Source: Myxococcota bacterium (GTDB lineage Bacteria; Myxococcota_A; UBA796; SXON01). Taken from it: 64,000 nt of DNA. The notes beneath the pieces were generated by a model. The model was given only the letters and a program-made list of their open reading frames with translations. It was not told the DNA's origin and searched no databases. The translations under genes were made by a program, and so were the position numbers. The DNA lies in the NCBI GenBank assembly GCA_040386535.1, contig JAZKFH010000009.1, forward strand, positions 128,001 to 192,000, read 5' to 3'. How positions within the stretch are numbered: position 1 is the stretch's first letter; each line of letters starts with the position of its first letter. Below, piece after piece: positions 46,700 to 55,548 of the stretch.

Positions 46700-47710
46700 A
46701 TGACACTCCTGGCCCTGTCCGTCCTGTCGGCCTGCTCGGACTACCAGCTCGAACGTGATCTCGTAGAGCCCGGCCCGGCCTATCCCAACGCTCCCTGGCC
46801 CCTGCCGCCCGCGCGCGTCTCCCCGGCGCCCGCCATCGAGGTCCAGCCGTCGTTCCACGACTTCGGGGAGGGCGACCCGTGGTTGTCCACCACCCAATCC
46901 GTGACGCTCACCAACGTCGGCCTCAAGCCCCTCGAGGTCGCCAACCTCCGCTACGACACGGCCTCCGTCGAGCTCGTGTTCAACGCGGACGAGGCGACCA
47001 ACGGCCAGCTCCCGTGGGTGCTCCAGCCGGGCGAGAGCCGTGTCACCCAAGTCAAGTACACGCCCATGGACGAGGGCGCGGACCAGGGCACGCTCGTGGT
47101 CGACTCGAACGATCCCGACGATCCGCGGGTGAACGCCACCCAGGTGGGCGCCGCCAAATTCACCGGCTTCACGACGGGCTGGTACATCGTCAACGACGAC
47201 ACCCCCTACGATCTGACGAGCAATTCGACCTACCGTGTCGACTACGACGGCGATCCGGACGCCTACTGGTACGAGCCGTCCGGCAACCACGGGATGACCG
47301 CCAGCGCCGACGTGGCCGCCGACTTCGCGGACCTGCGCGACTACGTCATCACCCGCGCCGGCGGGCCCACGCCCGTCACCGGCCCGCTGTCGTTCTTCGC
47401 GCCGAGCGAGCTGCCCGACATGCTCGAGGGCTCGTTCAGCTACATCCTGTGCGACTTCTGGATGGACCCGAGCGACGACCCCTCGCGCTACAGCATCTCG
47501 TCGGGTCCGGTGGACGACGGCATCCGGGTCATCGTCAACGGCGCGATCCTCGGGGAGCTGGCCTACAACCAGAGCGGGACGTGGCCGCTGACCAACGCGG
47601 TCCCCGGGCAGGTCAACACGCTCGTGGTCATCCTCATGGACAACGCGATGTGGGAAAAGTACGTGAACGACCTCGCGTTCTACAAGGACGGGGTGATGGT
47701 CGGCGGCTGA
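46700..47710 (+). CDS. Lipoprotein with Ig-like (choice-of-anchor D/ASH-type) domain and C-terminal beta-sandwich
   Basis: SD GAGG, 'LSACSDY', 'DFGE...VTLTNVG..PL', 'LQPGES', 'SNDPD', 'DDGIRVIVNG'. Confidence 0.8.
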   Translation: MTLLALSVLSACSDYQLERDLVEPGPAYPNAPWPLPPARVSPAPAIEVQPSFHDFGEGDPWLSTTQSVTLTNVGLKPLEVANLRYDTASVELVFNADEATNGQLPWVLQPGESRVTQVKYTPMDEGADQGTLVVDSNDPDDPRVNATQVGAAKFTGFTTGWYIVNDDTPYDLTSNSTYRVDYDGDPDAYWYEPSGNHGMTASADVAADFADLRDYVITRAGGPTPVTGPLSFFAPSELPDMLEGSFSYILCDFWMDPSDDPSRYSISSGPVDDGIRVIVNGAILGELAYNQSGTWPLTNAVPGQVNTLVVILMDNAMWEKYVNDLAFYKDGVMVGG

Positions 47711-47783
47711 CCGCCAGCGAACGTACGGCGGTTTCGCGGAGGGTCATTCGAAGTGTCGCTCGAAAAGGCGGTATCCTTTCGCA

Positions 47784-48566
47784 ATGACGCTCCTCGTTCT
47801 CCTTGCCTGCAACGATCCGAAGGAAGCCGCGCCCGAGTTCTCGGACGCGGCGCGGTACGGCCTCGAGCACTTCGACGACCCCGAGGAGGACGCGCTCGCC
47901 GCGCCCATCCTGGCGCTCGAGGCCGAGATCGACAGCTCGCTGGAGATGACCTCCGACGTGTCGGCCGACCGCGCGCTCTCCCTGGAGGTGCTCACCGGCG
48001 AGGAGATCGAGGGCATCACGCACCCGGACCGTGACCCCGGCCTGGCGATCCCCCCCGTGGCGCTCGCGCGCAACTCGGACTTCGCCATCGCGAGCCACGT
48101 GGCGGTCGCGATGCGCGACGACCTGTCGCCGATGGAGCCGAACTCGCCGGACCTGTACGCGCGCACGCTGACCGACGGGGCCGACTGCTGGGCGGAGCAC
48201 GAGTGCGTGTTCCTCCGCACGCAGAACGACGTCAACAAGACGAACTTCCTGATGGACGTGACCTACCGCCTCGACAAGGACTACCGCTGGGCGGACCTCG
48301 GGGACGGCCGCCTCGCGCTCGCGGCGCGCTCCTGGATGCCGGAGCCCGGCTTCGGGGACGACGGCGGGACGACCATCTGGCAGTCCTACACGTTCGAGAT
48401 CTGGGTCCCGCGGGACGGCGACACCACGCTGCGGATGATGGCCGTCTGGTCGGAGTCCGAGTTCTCGGTGCAGCCCAGCGAGGACACGGTCGAGAGCGTG
48501 CAGCTCGTCGGGATCGACGACATCTTCAAGGCGCACGACGAGTGGATGGCGGAGAACGGCGGGTAG
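47784..48566 (+). CDS. Acidic hypothetical lipoprotein
   Basis: 'MTLLVLLAC', typical codon usage. Confidence 0.8.
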   Translation: MTLLVLLACNDPKEAAPEFSDAARYGLEHFDDPEEDALAAPILALEAEIDSSLEMTSDVSADRALSLEVLTGEEIEGITHPDRDPGLAIPPVALARNSDFAIASHVAVAMRDDLSPMEPNSPDLYARTLTDGADCWAEHECVFLRTQNDVNKTNFLMDVTYRLDKDYRWADLGDGRLALAARSWMPEPGFGDDGGTTIWQSYTFEIWVPRDGDTTLRMMAVWSESEFSVQPSEDTVESVQLVGIDDIFKAHDEWMAENGG

Positions 48567-48591
48567 CTGTTTCGCGAGGCGTCGGTGGCCT

Positions 48592-48690
48592 GCCGGGAAG
48601 GCACCGACGAGAACCGCAGCCGGGGCCCCCGGCGGTTCCCCCCAAGGGGCCCCACCGCCGGACCCGGCTGCACGTCGGTGCCTTCCCGGC
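48592..48690. repeat. Palindromic structured repeat element, copy 2 (intergenic, between convergent genes)
   Basis: Perfect 18-bp outer inverted repeat GCCGGGAAGGCACCGACG/CGTCGGTGCCTTCCCGGC around the same core as 1764-1827. Confidence 0.9.
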
Positions 48691-48794
48691 CGGGGGGACC
48701 GTCGCGGCACGTCGGGCGCGGCCCGGGGTTCTCCGTCCCCAGTCATTGCCCTTGAAACGAGGGGAGGGGAGAGGAGGGGAAAGGGAGGCGGCGG

Positions 48795-50219
48795 CTAGCC
48801 GAGCGCCGTCAACAGCTTCGCGTGCATGCCGCCGAAGCCGCCGTTCGACAAGATCGCGAGCACGTCCCAGGGCAGGGCGTTGGCGGCGGTGACCGCTACG
48901 ATCTCCTCGACCTCGGCGTAGTGGAAGGCTTCGTGGCCGCGGGCGCGGAGCTTCTCGACGAGGCGGGCGCTGTCGAAGCGCTCGTCCTCGGGGATGCGGG
49001 ACTGGTCGTGCGGGTGCGCGATGACGACGACGTCGGCGGCGTCGAAGGCGCCCGCGTAGGCCTCCTGGAACACCGCGCGGCGGGAGGTGGCGCTGCGGGG
49101 CTCGAAGATCGCCCAGATGCGGCGCTTGCCGTAGCGGAGGCGGAGGGCTTCGAGGGTGACCTTCACGGCGGTCGGGTGGTGGGCGAAGTCGTCCAGGACG
49201 GTGATGCGGCGCGGCTCGCCGATGACCTCCTGGCGGCGCTTGACGCCGCCGAAGCTCGCGAAGCCGACCGCGAGCGCCTCGGGGGTGAGGCCCTCGCGCT
49301 CCAGCGCGGCCACGGCGGCGACCTGGTTGTAGAGGTTGTGCTCGCCGACGAGGGAGCTCTCGAAGCGGCCCCAGGGGTTGCCGTCGCGCAGGACCGTGAA
49401 GGTCATCACGCCGCGCTCGGTGTCGACGCCCTCGATGCGGCCGTCCCACTGCTGGCCGACGCCGTACTTGCGCACCTCGCACGTGGCGCCGCCGCACACG
49501 TCACGCACGTCGTCGTGGTCCCAGCGCGCGACGATGAGGCCGTCCTCGGGAACGATGGACACGAGCTTGCGGAAGCTCTCCTTCACGTGGTCGAGATCCC
49601 GGTAGATGTCGGCGTGGTCGAACTCCACGCTCGTGATCAGCGCGGTGCGGGGCCGGTAGTGGAGGAACTTGGGGCCCTTGTCGAAGAAGGCGGTGTCGTA
49701 CTCGTCGCCCTCGATGGCGAACGTGTCGCCGGTGCCGGTGCGGGCGGTGCGCTCGAAGTTCTTCATGCGCCCGCCGACGAGGAACCCGGGGCCCTTGCCG
49801 GCGGCTTCGAGCAGCCACGCGGTCAGGGCGGTGGTCGTCGTCTTGCCGTGGGTGCCCGCCACGACGATGCTGCGGCGGTCCTTGAGGAACATCGCGCCGA
49901 GGAGCTGGGGAAACGAGCAATAGAGCAGGTCGGAGGCGAGGAGCGCCTGGGCCTCCTCATAGTCGGCGCGGATGACGTTGCCGACGACGACGAGCTCCGG
50001 CTTGTGGGCGAGGTTCTTGGCGTTGTAGCCGAGCATCACCTCGATCCCGAGCGACGCGAGGTAGTCGCTCATCGGCGGGTACACGCCCGTGTCCGAGCCG
50101 GTCACGGCGTAGCCGGCGTCGACGAGCATGCCCGCGAGCGCGGCCATGGCGGTGCCGCCGATGCCCATGACGTGGATGCGCTTGAGGTCGGCGGGGAGGT
50201 CACCGGTGAGGAGCGGCAT
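48795..50219 (-). CDS. mpl: Murein peptide ligase (UDP-MurNAc:tripeptide ligase)
   Basis: 'IHVMGIGGTAM', 'YPPMS', 'AGTHGKTTT', 'EGDEYDTAFFDK', 'EFDHADIY', 'DDFAHHPTA', 'SNGGFGG'. Confidence 0.95.
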   Translation of the reverse strand: MPLLTGDLPADLKRIHVMGIGGTAMAALAGMLVDAGYAVTGSDTGVYPPMSDYLASLGIEVMLGYNAKNLAHKPELVVVGNVIRADYEEAQALLASDLLYCSFPQLLGAMFLKDRRSIVVAGTHGKTTTTALTAWLLEAAGKGPGFLVGGRMKNFERTARTGTGDTFAIEGDEYDTAFFDKGPKFLHYRPRTALITSVEFDHADIYRDLDHVKESFRKLVSIVPEDGLIVARWDHDDVRDVCGGATCEVRKYGVGQQWDGRIEGVDTERGVMTFTVLRDGNPWGRFESSLVGEHNLYNQVAAVAALEREGLTPEALAVGFASFGGVKRRQEVIGEPRRITVLDDFAHHPTAVKVTLEALRLRYGKRRIWAIFEPRSATSRRAVFQEAYAGAFDAADVVVIAHPHDQSRIPEDERFDSARLVEKLRARGHEAFHYAEVEEIVAVTAANALPWDVLAILSNGGFGGMHAKLLTALG

Positions 50220-50868
50220 GGGGGTGTTCCTGGAGGAAGGCGCGGGTAGCGGGCGCGACGTTTTGTGGCAACACGCGGAGCTGCGCGCGGAGGAACGCGA
50301 GATCACGCGGCTCGTCGATGTCGTACCAGAAGGCGAGCGAAGAGTGGCGCAGGCCGAGAGCCCGCGCGCGCTCGATCGAGGCGGCGTATGTCTCGGTGGA
50401 GGACCACGGGATGTCGTCGAAGATACCGCCGGGGCCCGCTACCGCCGGATCGCGCACGCCAACGAGCACGTAGCCGCCGTCGAACGCGGGGCCGAAGACG
50501 ACGTCGTACTCGAGGAGGAGGTTCGCTGTCCAGGACAGCACCTGCCGCGGGACGGTGGGCGAGTCGGTGCCGACGGCGATCCCGCCGTCCCGCAGGGCGT
50601 GGCGGAGGCGCGCGCCGAGATCGCCGGGGGCCTGGGGCTCGTAGGGCACCGGGATGGTGGAGACCCAGGGATCGTCGAGGTCGCCGTCCAGCGCGACACG
50701 CCAGGGGTTGCCCGACAGCTGGACGGTCGCGAACACGTCCGCCGTCATCGCCCGGCACAACCCCGCCGCGCCCTCGGGGCCGAGGTGGGGGATGAGGCGC
50801 GTCTTCGCCCGGCCCGGGGTGGGGACCTTGGCCATCACCACCACGTTCGCGTACACCGGGTTCATCAT
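50200..50868 (-). CDS. DUF2064 / TIGR04282-family glycosyltransferase-like protein
   Basis: 'MAKVPTPGRAKTRL', 'Q..GDLGARL', 'GTDSP', 'GPAFDGGY', 'IPWSS', 'WYDIDEPRDL'. Confidence 0.9.
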   Translation of the reverse strand: MMNPVYANVVVMAKVPTPGRAKTRLIPHLGPEGAAGLCRAMTADVFATVQLSGNPWRVALDGDLDDPWVSTIPVPYEPQAPGDLGARLRHALRDGGIAVGTDSPTVPRQVLSWTANLLLEYDVVFGPAFDGGYVLVGVRDPAVAGPGGIFDDIPWSSTETYAASIERARALGLRHSSLAFWYDIDEPRDLAFLRAQLRVLPQNVAPATRAFLQEHPHAAPHR

Positions 50869-51533
50869 CGATACTTCCAGCACGCCCACAGGATCTTCGC
50901 GCCCGCGCGCGCCACGCCCTTGACCGTGCCGCTGATCTTGCTCGTACCGATGCGGGTTCGGTAGCGCACGGGCACCTCGAGCACCCGGACGCCCGATCGT
51001 AGCGCCTTGAGCTGCATCTCGACGTTCCAGCCCCACGTCGGATCACCCATGTCCAGGTCCATCAGCGCGCCCCAGCGGATGGCGCGCAGCGGTCCCATGT
51101 CGCGGTAGCGGTGCCCGGTCTGCGCGTGGATGATCGCGGTGGCGAGCCGGTTGCCGAACTTCTGCGGCACGGTGAGCGCGTCGGGGTCGCCCAGGGTCAG
51201 GCGCTCGCCGATGACGAGATCGGCGCGGCCCTCGCGCACGGGGCCGAGGATCACCGCGAGATCCTCGACCCAGATGGAGTGGTCGCCGTCCAGGACCACG
51301 ACGACGTCGGGCGGATCGGCCTTGAGGAGCGCGATGCCGGCGAGCACGGCGGCGCCGTAGCCACGCGTCGGCTCGGACACGACCTCGGCCCCCAGCTCCC
51401 GCGCGATGTCCGCGCTGCCGTCGGTCGACCCGTTGTCGCACACGATGACCCGGTACTGGGGCGGCAATTCCCCGAGCACGACCGGGAGGGCCAGCGCTTC
51501 GTCGAGCACGGGGATGAGCAGGGCGGTGCGCAA
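50865..51533 (-). CDS. Glycosyltransferase family 2
   Basis: 'IPVLDE', 'DNGSTD', 'RGYG', 'LDGD', 'DMGPLRAI', 'GWNVEM', 'SKISG'. Confidence 0.93.
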   Translation of the reverse strand: MRTALLIPVLDEALALPVVLGELPPQYRVIVCDNGSTDGSADIARELGAEVVSEPTRGYGAAVLAGIALLKADPPDVVVVLDGDHSIWVEDLAVILGPVREGRADLVIGERLTLGDPDALTVPQKFGNRLATAIIHAQTGHRYRDMGPLRAIRWGALMDLDMGDPTWGWNVEMQLKALRSGVRVLEVPVRYRTRIGTSKISGTVKGVARAGAKILWACWKYR

Positions 51534-51667
51534 GCGCGGCCCACTAATTCGCGGCGGAGGCCGGCGCGTCGGTGTCCTCCGCTGCCGTCTCCGCTGGTGT
51601 TCGCCGCGGGGGTCCGGCCGGATGCTCGCGGGTACGATAGGGGTTGCCGTCGCGCCAGGGTGCCGCC

Positions 51668-53875
51668 GTGCTCGCGTCCTTCCTTCAGCTCCTCTGCTTC
51701 CTCGTCGGCTCCGCGTACGCCGCGCCGGCTGACAGTCCCTATCGAATCGAGGTCGCCGACATCACCGTCGCGCCCGGCGGTACGGGCACGCTCCGGGTCA
51801 TCTTCGCCGTGCCGGACGGGTTCCACACCTACCGGGACTGGGTCGACGTGGCGATCACCGACCCCGCCGGGCTCACCATCGGGGCGCCGTCGTACCCGAG
51901 CGGGATGATGAAGGACGATCCGGCGGCGCCGGGCACCCTTCGGGAAACGTACGAGTCCGACGTCTACGTCGACCTCGTGGTGACCGCCCCGGCCACGCCC
52001 GGCAAGTTCACCGTGGGCCTGCACGCCCGGTACCAGGGCTGCAAGAAGGCCCTCTGCTACATGCCGTTCGAGGACGACTACACCGCCGTCGTCACGGTCG
52101 AAGGCGCGCCGGTCGCTCCCAGCGCCACCGGCGCGGCCGTTCCCGCGGGTGGGGATGCGGCGGCGCTCGACGTGAACTTCACGGGCAAGGCCGGCGCCCC
52201 CAACGAGGCGCGCATCGCGCTCGACCTGCGGGGTGACTGGCACGTCAACAAGGCGTTCATCGCCTTCGCCCTGGTCGACGCGGGCGCCTACACCCTCGGC
52301 GAGCCCGTGCTCCCCGCCGGCGAGAAGAGCGGCGATGCCGCCACGTTCTCCGAGCGCGAGGACTACGTCCACGATCTCGACCTCGTCGTGCCGATCAGCG
52401 GCCCGCCCGGGCCCGCCACGGTCAAGGTCGAGGTCGCCTTCCAGGCCTGCAAGGGCGCCTCGCTCTGCAAGATGCCGGAGACGATGATTGTCGACGTGCC
52501 CGTCGTCATCGACCCGTCGGCCCCCCCGGGCGGCTCCGCGTCGACCGGCGCCTCCGCGTCCACGGGCACCCCCGCAAACGGCTCCGTCGCGACCGCCTCC
52601 ACGGGCGGCGGCGCGGGCTTCGCGGCGGCCCAGGAGAAGGGCGTCGGGGCGCTCATCCTCCTCTGCTTCCTCGCCGGCATCGGCGTCAGCTTCACCCCCT
52701 GCGTGCTCCCGATGGTCCCCATCACGATGGGCCTCATCGGCGCGAAGGGCGCGGGCAGCCGGGCCAAGGCGTTCTCACTCTCGGCCACCTACGTGCTCGG
52801 CCTCGCCGCGGTCTACACCGCGCTCGGCGTCTCCGCTGGCGTCACCGGCATGCTGTTCGGGAGCTGGCTCCAGTCGCAGCTGATCGTGTTCTCCATCTCC
52901 GCGTTCTTCGTGGTGATGGGCATCTCGATGTTCGGCTTCTTCGACGTGGGCGTGCCGAGCTTCCTGGCGAGCCGCCTGCAGGGCAAGGCCGGCGGCGGCT
53001 ACGGCGGCGCGCTCGGGCTCGGCGTCATCGGCGCGATCCTCGCCGGGCCGTGCTCGGGCCCCGTGGTCGCCAGCATCCTCGCGCTCATCGGCACCGAAGG
53101 CGACCTGCCGTTCGGCGCGATGCTGATGTTCGCGTTCTCGCTCGGCATGGGGATGATCTTCCTCGTCACCGGCGCGGCGAGCGGCTGGCTCCCGAGCCGC
53201 GGCGCGTGGATGGTCACCGTCAAGAAGGGCTTCGGCATCGTGCTCTGGCTCGGCGCCATCTACTACGCGGCCGCGCACCTCTCCCCGACCGTGACCGCGC
53301 TGGCGACCTCCGCGGTGCTCCTCGTCACCGCCGTCTTCGGCTGGCCGCACCCCGATGACGGCGAGGGCCCCTTCACCGTCTCGCTGCGCCGCCTCTACGG
53401 CATCGTCGGCGGGCTCGTAGGCGCGTACCTGCTCCTCGGCACGCTGGTGAAGGACGGTTTCATCCTCCCCCCGGTTTCTCTCGCTTCGGCGGGGGGCGGC
53501 GCGGCGCAGGCCCAACCCGGCATCAACTGGGTGCGTACGGAGGCCGAGGCGCTGGAACTTGCGAAGAGCACGGGGAAGCCCGTCATGATCGATTTCACCG
53601 CCGAGTGGTGCGCCGCGTGCCACGAGATGGAGAAGTACACCTACACGGACGCGCGGGTCATCGCCGCCGCCGAGGGGTTCGTCCCCGCGATGCTCGATTG
53701 CACCAAGAGCGGGGACCCCGTCGTGGACGCCGTTCAGAAGAAGTACGGCGTCACCGGCCTGCCGACCGTCGTGTTCGTGATGCCTGACGGGCGGCGATTG
53801 GGTGGTACGGTGGGGTTCGTGGAGGCGGAGGACTTCGTGAAGGAGATGCAGGCCGCGTTGGAGGCGAAGGGATGA
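51668..53875 (+). CDS. dsbD: Thiol:disulfide interchange protein DsbD with two N-terminal Ig-like domains
   Basis: Two 'Q(G/A)C...C..P' domains, 'FTPCVLPM', 'GPCSGP', thioredoxin 'FTAEWCAAC'. Confidence 0.93.
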   Translation: MLASFLQLLCFLVGSAYAAPADSPYRIEVADITVAPGGTGTLRVIFAVPDGFHTYRDWVDVAITDPAGLTIGAPSYPSGMMKDDPAAPGTLRETYESDVYVDLVVTAPATPGKFTVGLHARYQGCKKALCYMPFEDDYTAVVTVEGAPVAPSATGAAVPAGGDAAALDVNFTGKAGAPNEARIALDLRGDWHVNKAFIAFALVDAGAYTLGEPVLPAGEKSGDAATFSEREDYVHDLDLVVPISGPPGPATVKVEVAFQACKGASLCKMPETMIVDVPVVIDPSAPPGGSASTGASASTGTPANGSVATASTGGGAGFAAAQEKGVGALILLCFLAGIGVSFTPCVLPMVPITMGLIGAKGAGSRAKAFSLSATYVLGLAAVYTALGVSAGVTGMLFGSWLQSQLIVFSISAFFVVMGISMFGFFDVGVPSFLASRLQGKAGGGYGGALGLGVIGAILAGPCSGPVVASILALIGTEGDLPFGAMLMFAFSLGMGMIFLVTGAASGWLPSRGAWMVTVKKGFGIVLWLGAIYYAAAHLSPTVTALATSAVLLVTAVFGWPHPDDGEGPFTVSLRRLYGIVGGLVGAYLLLGTLVKDGFILPPVSLASAGGGAAQAQPGINWVRTEAEALELAKSTGKPVMIDFTAEWCAACHEMEKYTYTDARVIAAAEGFVPAMLDCTKSGDPVVDAVQKKYGVTGLPTVVFVMPDGRRLGGTVGFVEAEDFVKEMQAALEAKG

Positions 53876-54204
53876 AGACCAAGCTCAAGGACCTGATGGA
53901 GCTGTACGGGCGGCTCGGGATCACCATCTACGTGGTCCTCTGCCTGCTCACGTTCGGCTTCGCGTACATGCTCCTGCGGTTCGGCCTCCAGGATCAGCTG
54001 CCCGCCTGGATCGTGGAGTACCTGCCCGCCGACGGCACGACGTTCCTCGGCGCCTACGCGCTCTACAAGGCCATGCAGGTGCCGCGCATCGCGTTCGCGG
54101 TCCTGGTGACCCCGATCATCGCCCGGTGGCTCGGGCACGTGCCCGCCGCTCCGGCCGAGCCAGCGCCCTCGACCGAACAAGCGACCACGGCCGAGTCCGC
54201 CTGA
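53872..54204 (+). CDS. DUF1279/FAM210-like small membrane protein
   Basis: ATGA overlap with dsbD; 'LKDLMELYG...FLGAYALYK....RI....TPIIARWL' pattern. Confidence 0.7.
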   Translation: MKTKLKDLMELYGRLGITIYVVLCLLTFGFAYMLLRFGLQDQLPAWIVEYLPADGTTFLGAYALYKAMQVPRIAFAVLVTPIIARWLGHVPAAPAEPAPSTEQATTAESA

Positions 54205-54638
54205 TGCCCCCGCCCCGGCGCGCCCCGTTTGGGTTCGCCGGGCTGGTCGCGTGCCTCTCCCCGCTCGCCGCGGGGTGTTCGAGCGACGAGAAGGACGAGT
54301 GGGAGTGCATCGGCCCCGTCGTCGAGGTGATGAAGTGGCGCGACGAGCGGGAGGCCGCCCGCCTGCTCCGCGGGGAGGTCGTCACGCCCGCCGAGCTCGC
54401 GCGGCTGGAGCGGGAGCGCGTCGAGGCGGCCGTCTTGGCGCTCACCCCGCGACGCGCGGCGTGCGAGCTGACCTGGAGCGTCATGATGCACGTGCCCGCG
54501 GACAACCCGGGGCTGCGCCTGCGTGAAGAGGCGCTCCTCCGGGTGCTGGAGCTCCCCCCGCGCGACTACCCGGCGAACGCGGTGGGGTGGGCGGGCGTGA
54601 CGACCGCGGGCCACACGCCGATGGCCCAAGAACGATAG
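54204..54638 (+). CDS. Hypothetical lipoprotein
   Basis: TGATG overlap, lipobox 'LAAGC'. Confidence 0.6.
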   Translation: MPPPRRAPFGFAGLVACLSPLAAGCSSDEKDEWECIGPVVEVMKWRDEREAARLLRGEVVTPAELARLERERVEAAVLALTPRRAACELTWSVMMHVPADNPGLRLREEALLRVLELPPRDYPANAVGWAGVTTAGHTPMAQER

Positions 54639-54666
54639 GCGGCGGTTTCTGATCGAGGAGGGGCGG

Positions 54667-55512
54667 ATGGATACACAACCCGGGGGCCGATTCGTGTCGG
54701 CGCTGGCGTGCGAAGGCCGAGTGCGCGTGATGGCCGTGGTGGCGGTAGGCCCCGCCGAAGAGCTGAGGCAGCGCCACGGACTCAAGTCGATGGCGGCGAT
54801 CCTGGGGGCCGAGGGCCTGATCGCCTCGCTCCTGCTCTCCGCCCACGTCAAGGGTGAGGAGCGCCTGACGATCAACGTGCGGTGCGAGCGCCCCCCGTTC
54901 GCGTTCCTGGCGGACGTCAACGGCGACGGCACGCTCCGCGCTCGCTTCACCCCGGAGCTGCTGCACTCCAACCGGGCGTTCTCGGGGATGATGTCGGTGC
55001 TCAAGTCGCTCGGCCCGAAGGAGCTCTACAAGGGCGTTGCCGAGGTCAAGAGCGAGAAGTTCGAGGGCGCGCTCCAGCGCTACCTGACGACCTCGCAGCA
55101 GGTCGACGGGCGCGTGCGCATCCACGCCGAGCTCGACGCCGACGGCGCGGTGGCCTTCGCGGCGGGCCTGCTCGTGGAGCGGCTCCCCGACATGCCGCGG
55201 GAGGAGTTCGAGGCCCTCTTCGACAGCTCGCTCCAGGGCGACTTCAAGGAGCTGATGACCCAGTTCGCCTTCGGGCAGCTCGTCGGCGCTCCGATCGAGG
55301 TGCTCGGCGCGATCGACGTGCGCTACCAGTGCACCTGCTCCCAGGACCGGGTGGTGGGGGTGCTCCGGGCGCTCGGGCAGGGCGAGATCGCGTCGATGCT
55401 GGCCGAGCAGGGCCAGGCCGAGGTCATCTGCCACTACTGCAACGAGCGCTACGAGGTCGACGCCGAGGGCCTCAGCGCGCTGTTGTTGGAGATGGGCGGG
55501 CCGCCGGTCTGA
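54667..55512 (+). CDS. hslO: Hsp33 redox-regulated chaperone
   Basis: 'Y...SQQ', 'AAGLLVE.LP', Zn motif 'CTCS...CHYC..RY'. Confidence 0.92.
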   Translation: MDTQPGGRFVSALACEGRVRVMAVVAVGPAEELRQRHGLKSMAAILGAEGLIASLLLSAHVKGEERLTINVRCERPPFAFLADVNGDGTLRARFTPELLHSNRAFSGMMSVLKSLGPKELYKGVAEVKSEKFEGALQRYLTTSQQVDGRVRIHAELDADGAVAFAAGLLVERLPDMPREEFEALFDSSLQGDFKELMTQFAFGQLVGAPIEVLGAIDVRYQCTCSQDRVVGVLRALGQGEIASMLAEQGQAEVICHYCNERYEVDAEGLSALLLEMGGPPV

Positions 55513-55548
55513 CCTGCCCCGGTGGCGCACGTCGAAGGCGCCCGGTTC

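Noticed and set aside
42783..46706. 1307-aa aminotransferase and 923-aa kelch ORFs
   Set aside because: Same artefact; homology begins at about 44030 and 44148.
48592..48690. SRP RNA or simple intrinsic terminator
   Set aside because: It lacks the SRP domain IV CAGG...GGAA...AGCAG motif and a U tract, and a second copy lies inside a CDS.
50200..50868. Arsenosugar biosynthesis cluster
   Set aside because: No ArsS-type radical SAM enzyme or arsenite methyltransferase is adjacent; the only radical SAM gene in the window is miaB.
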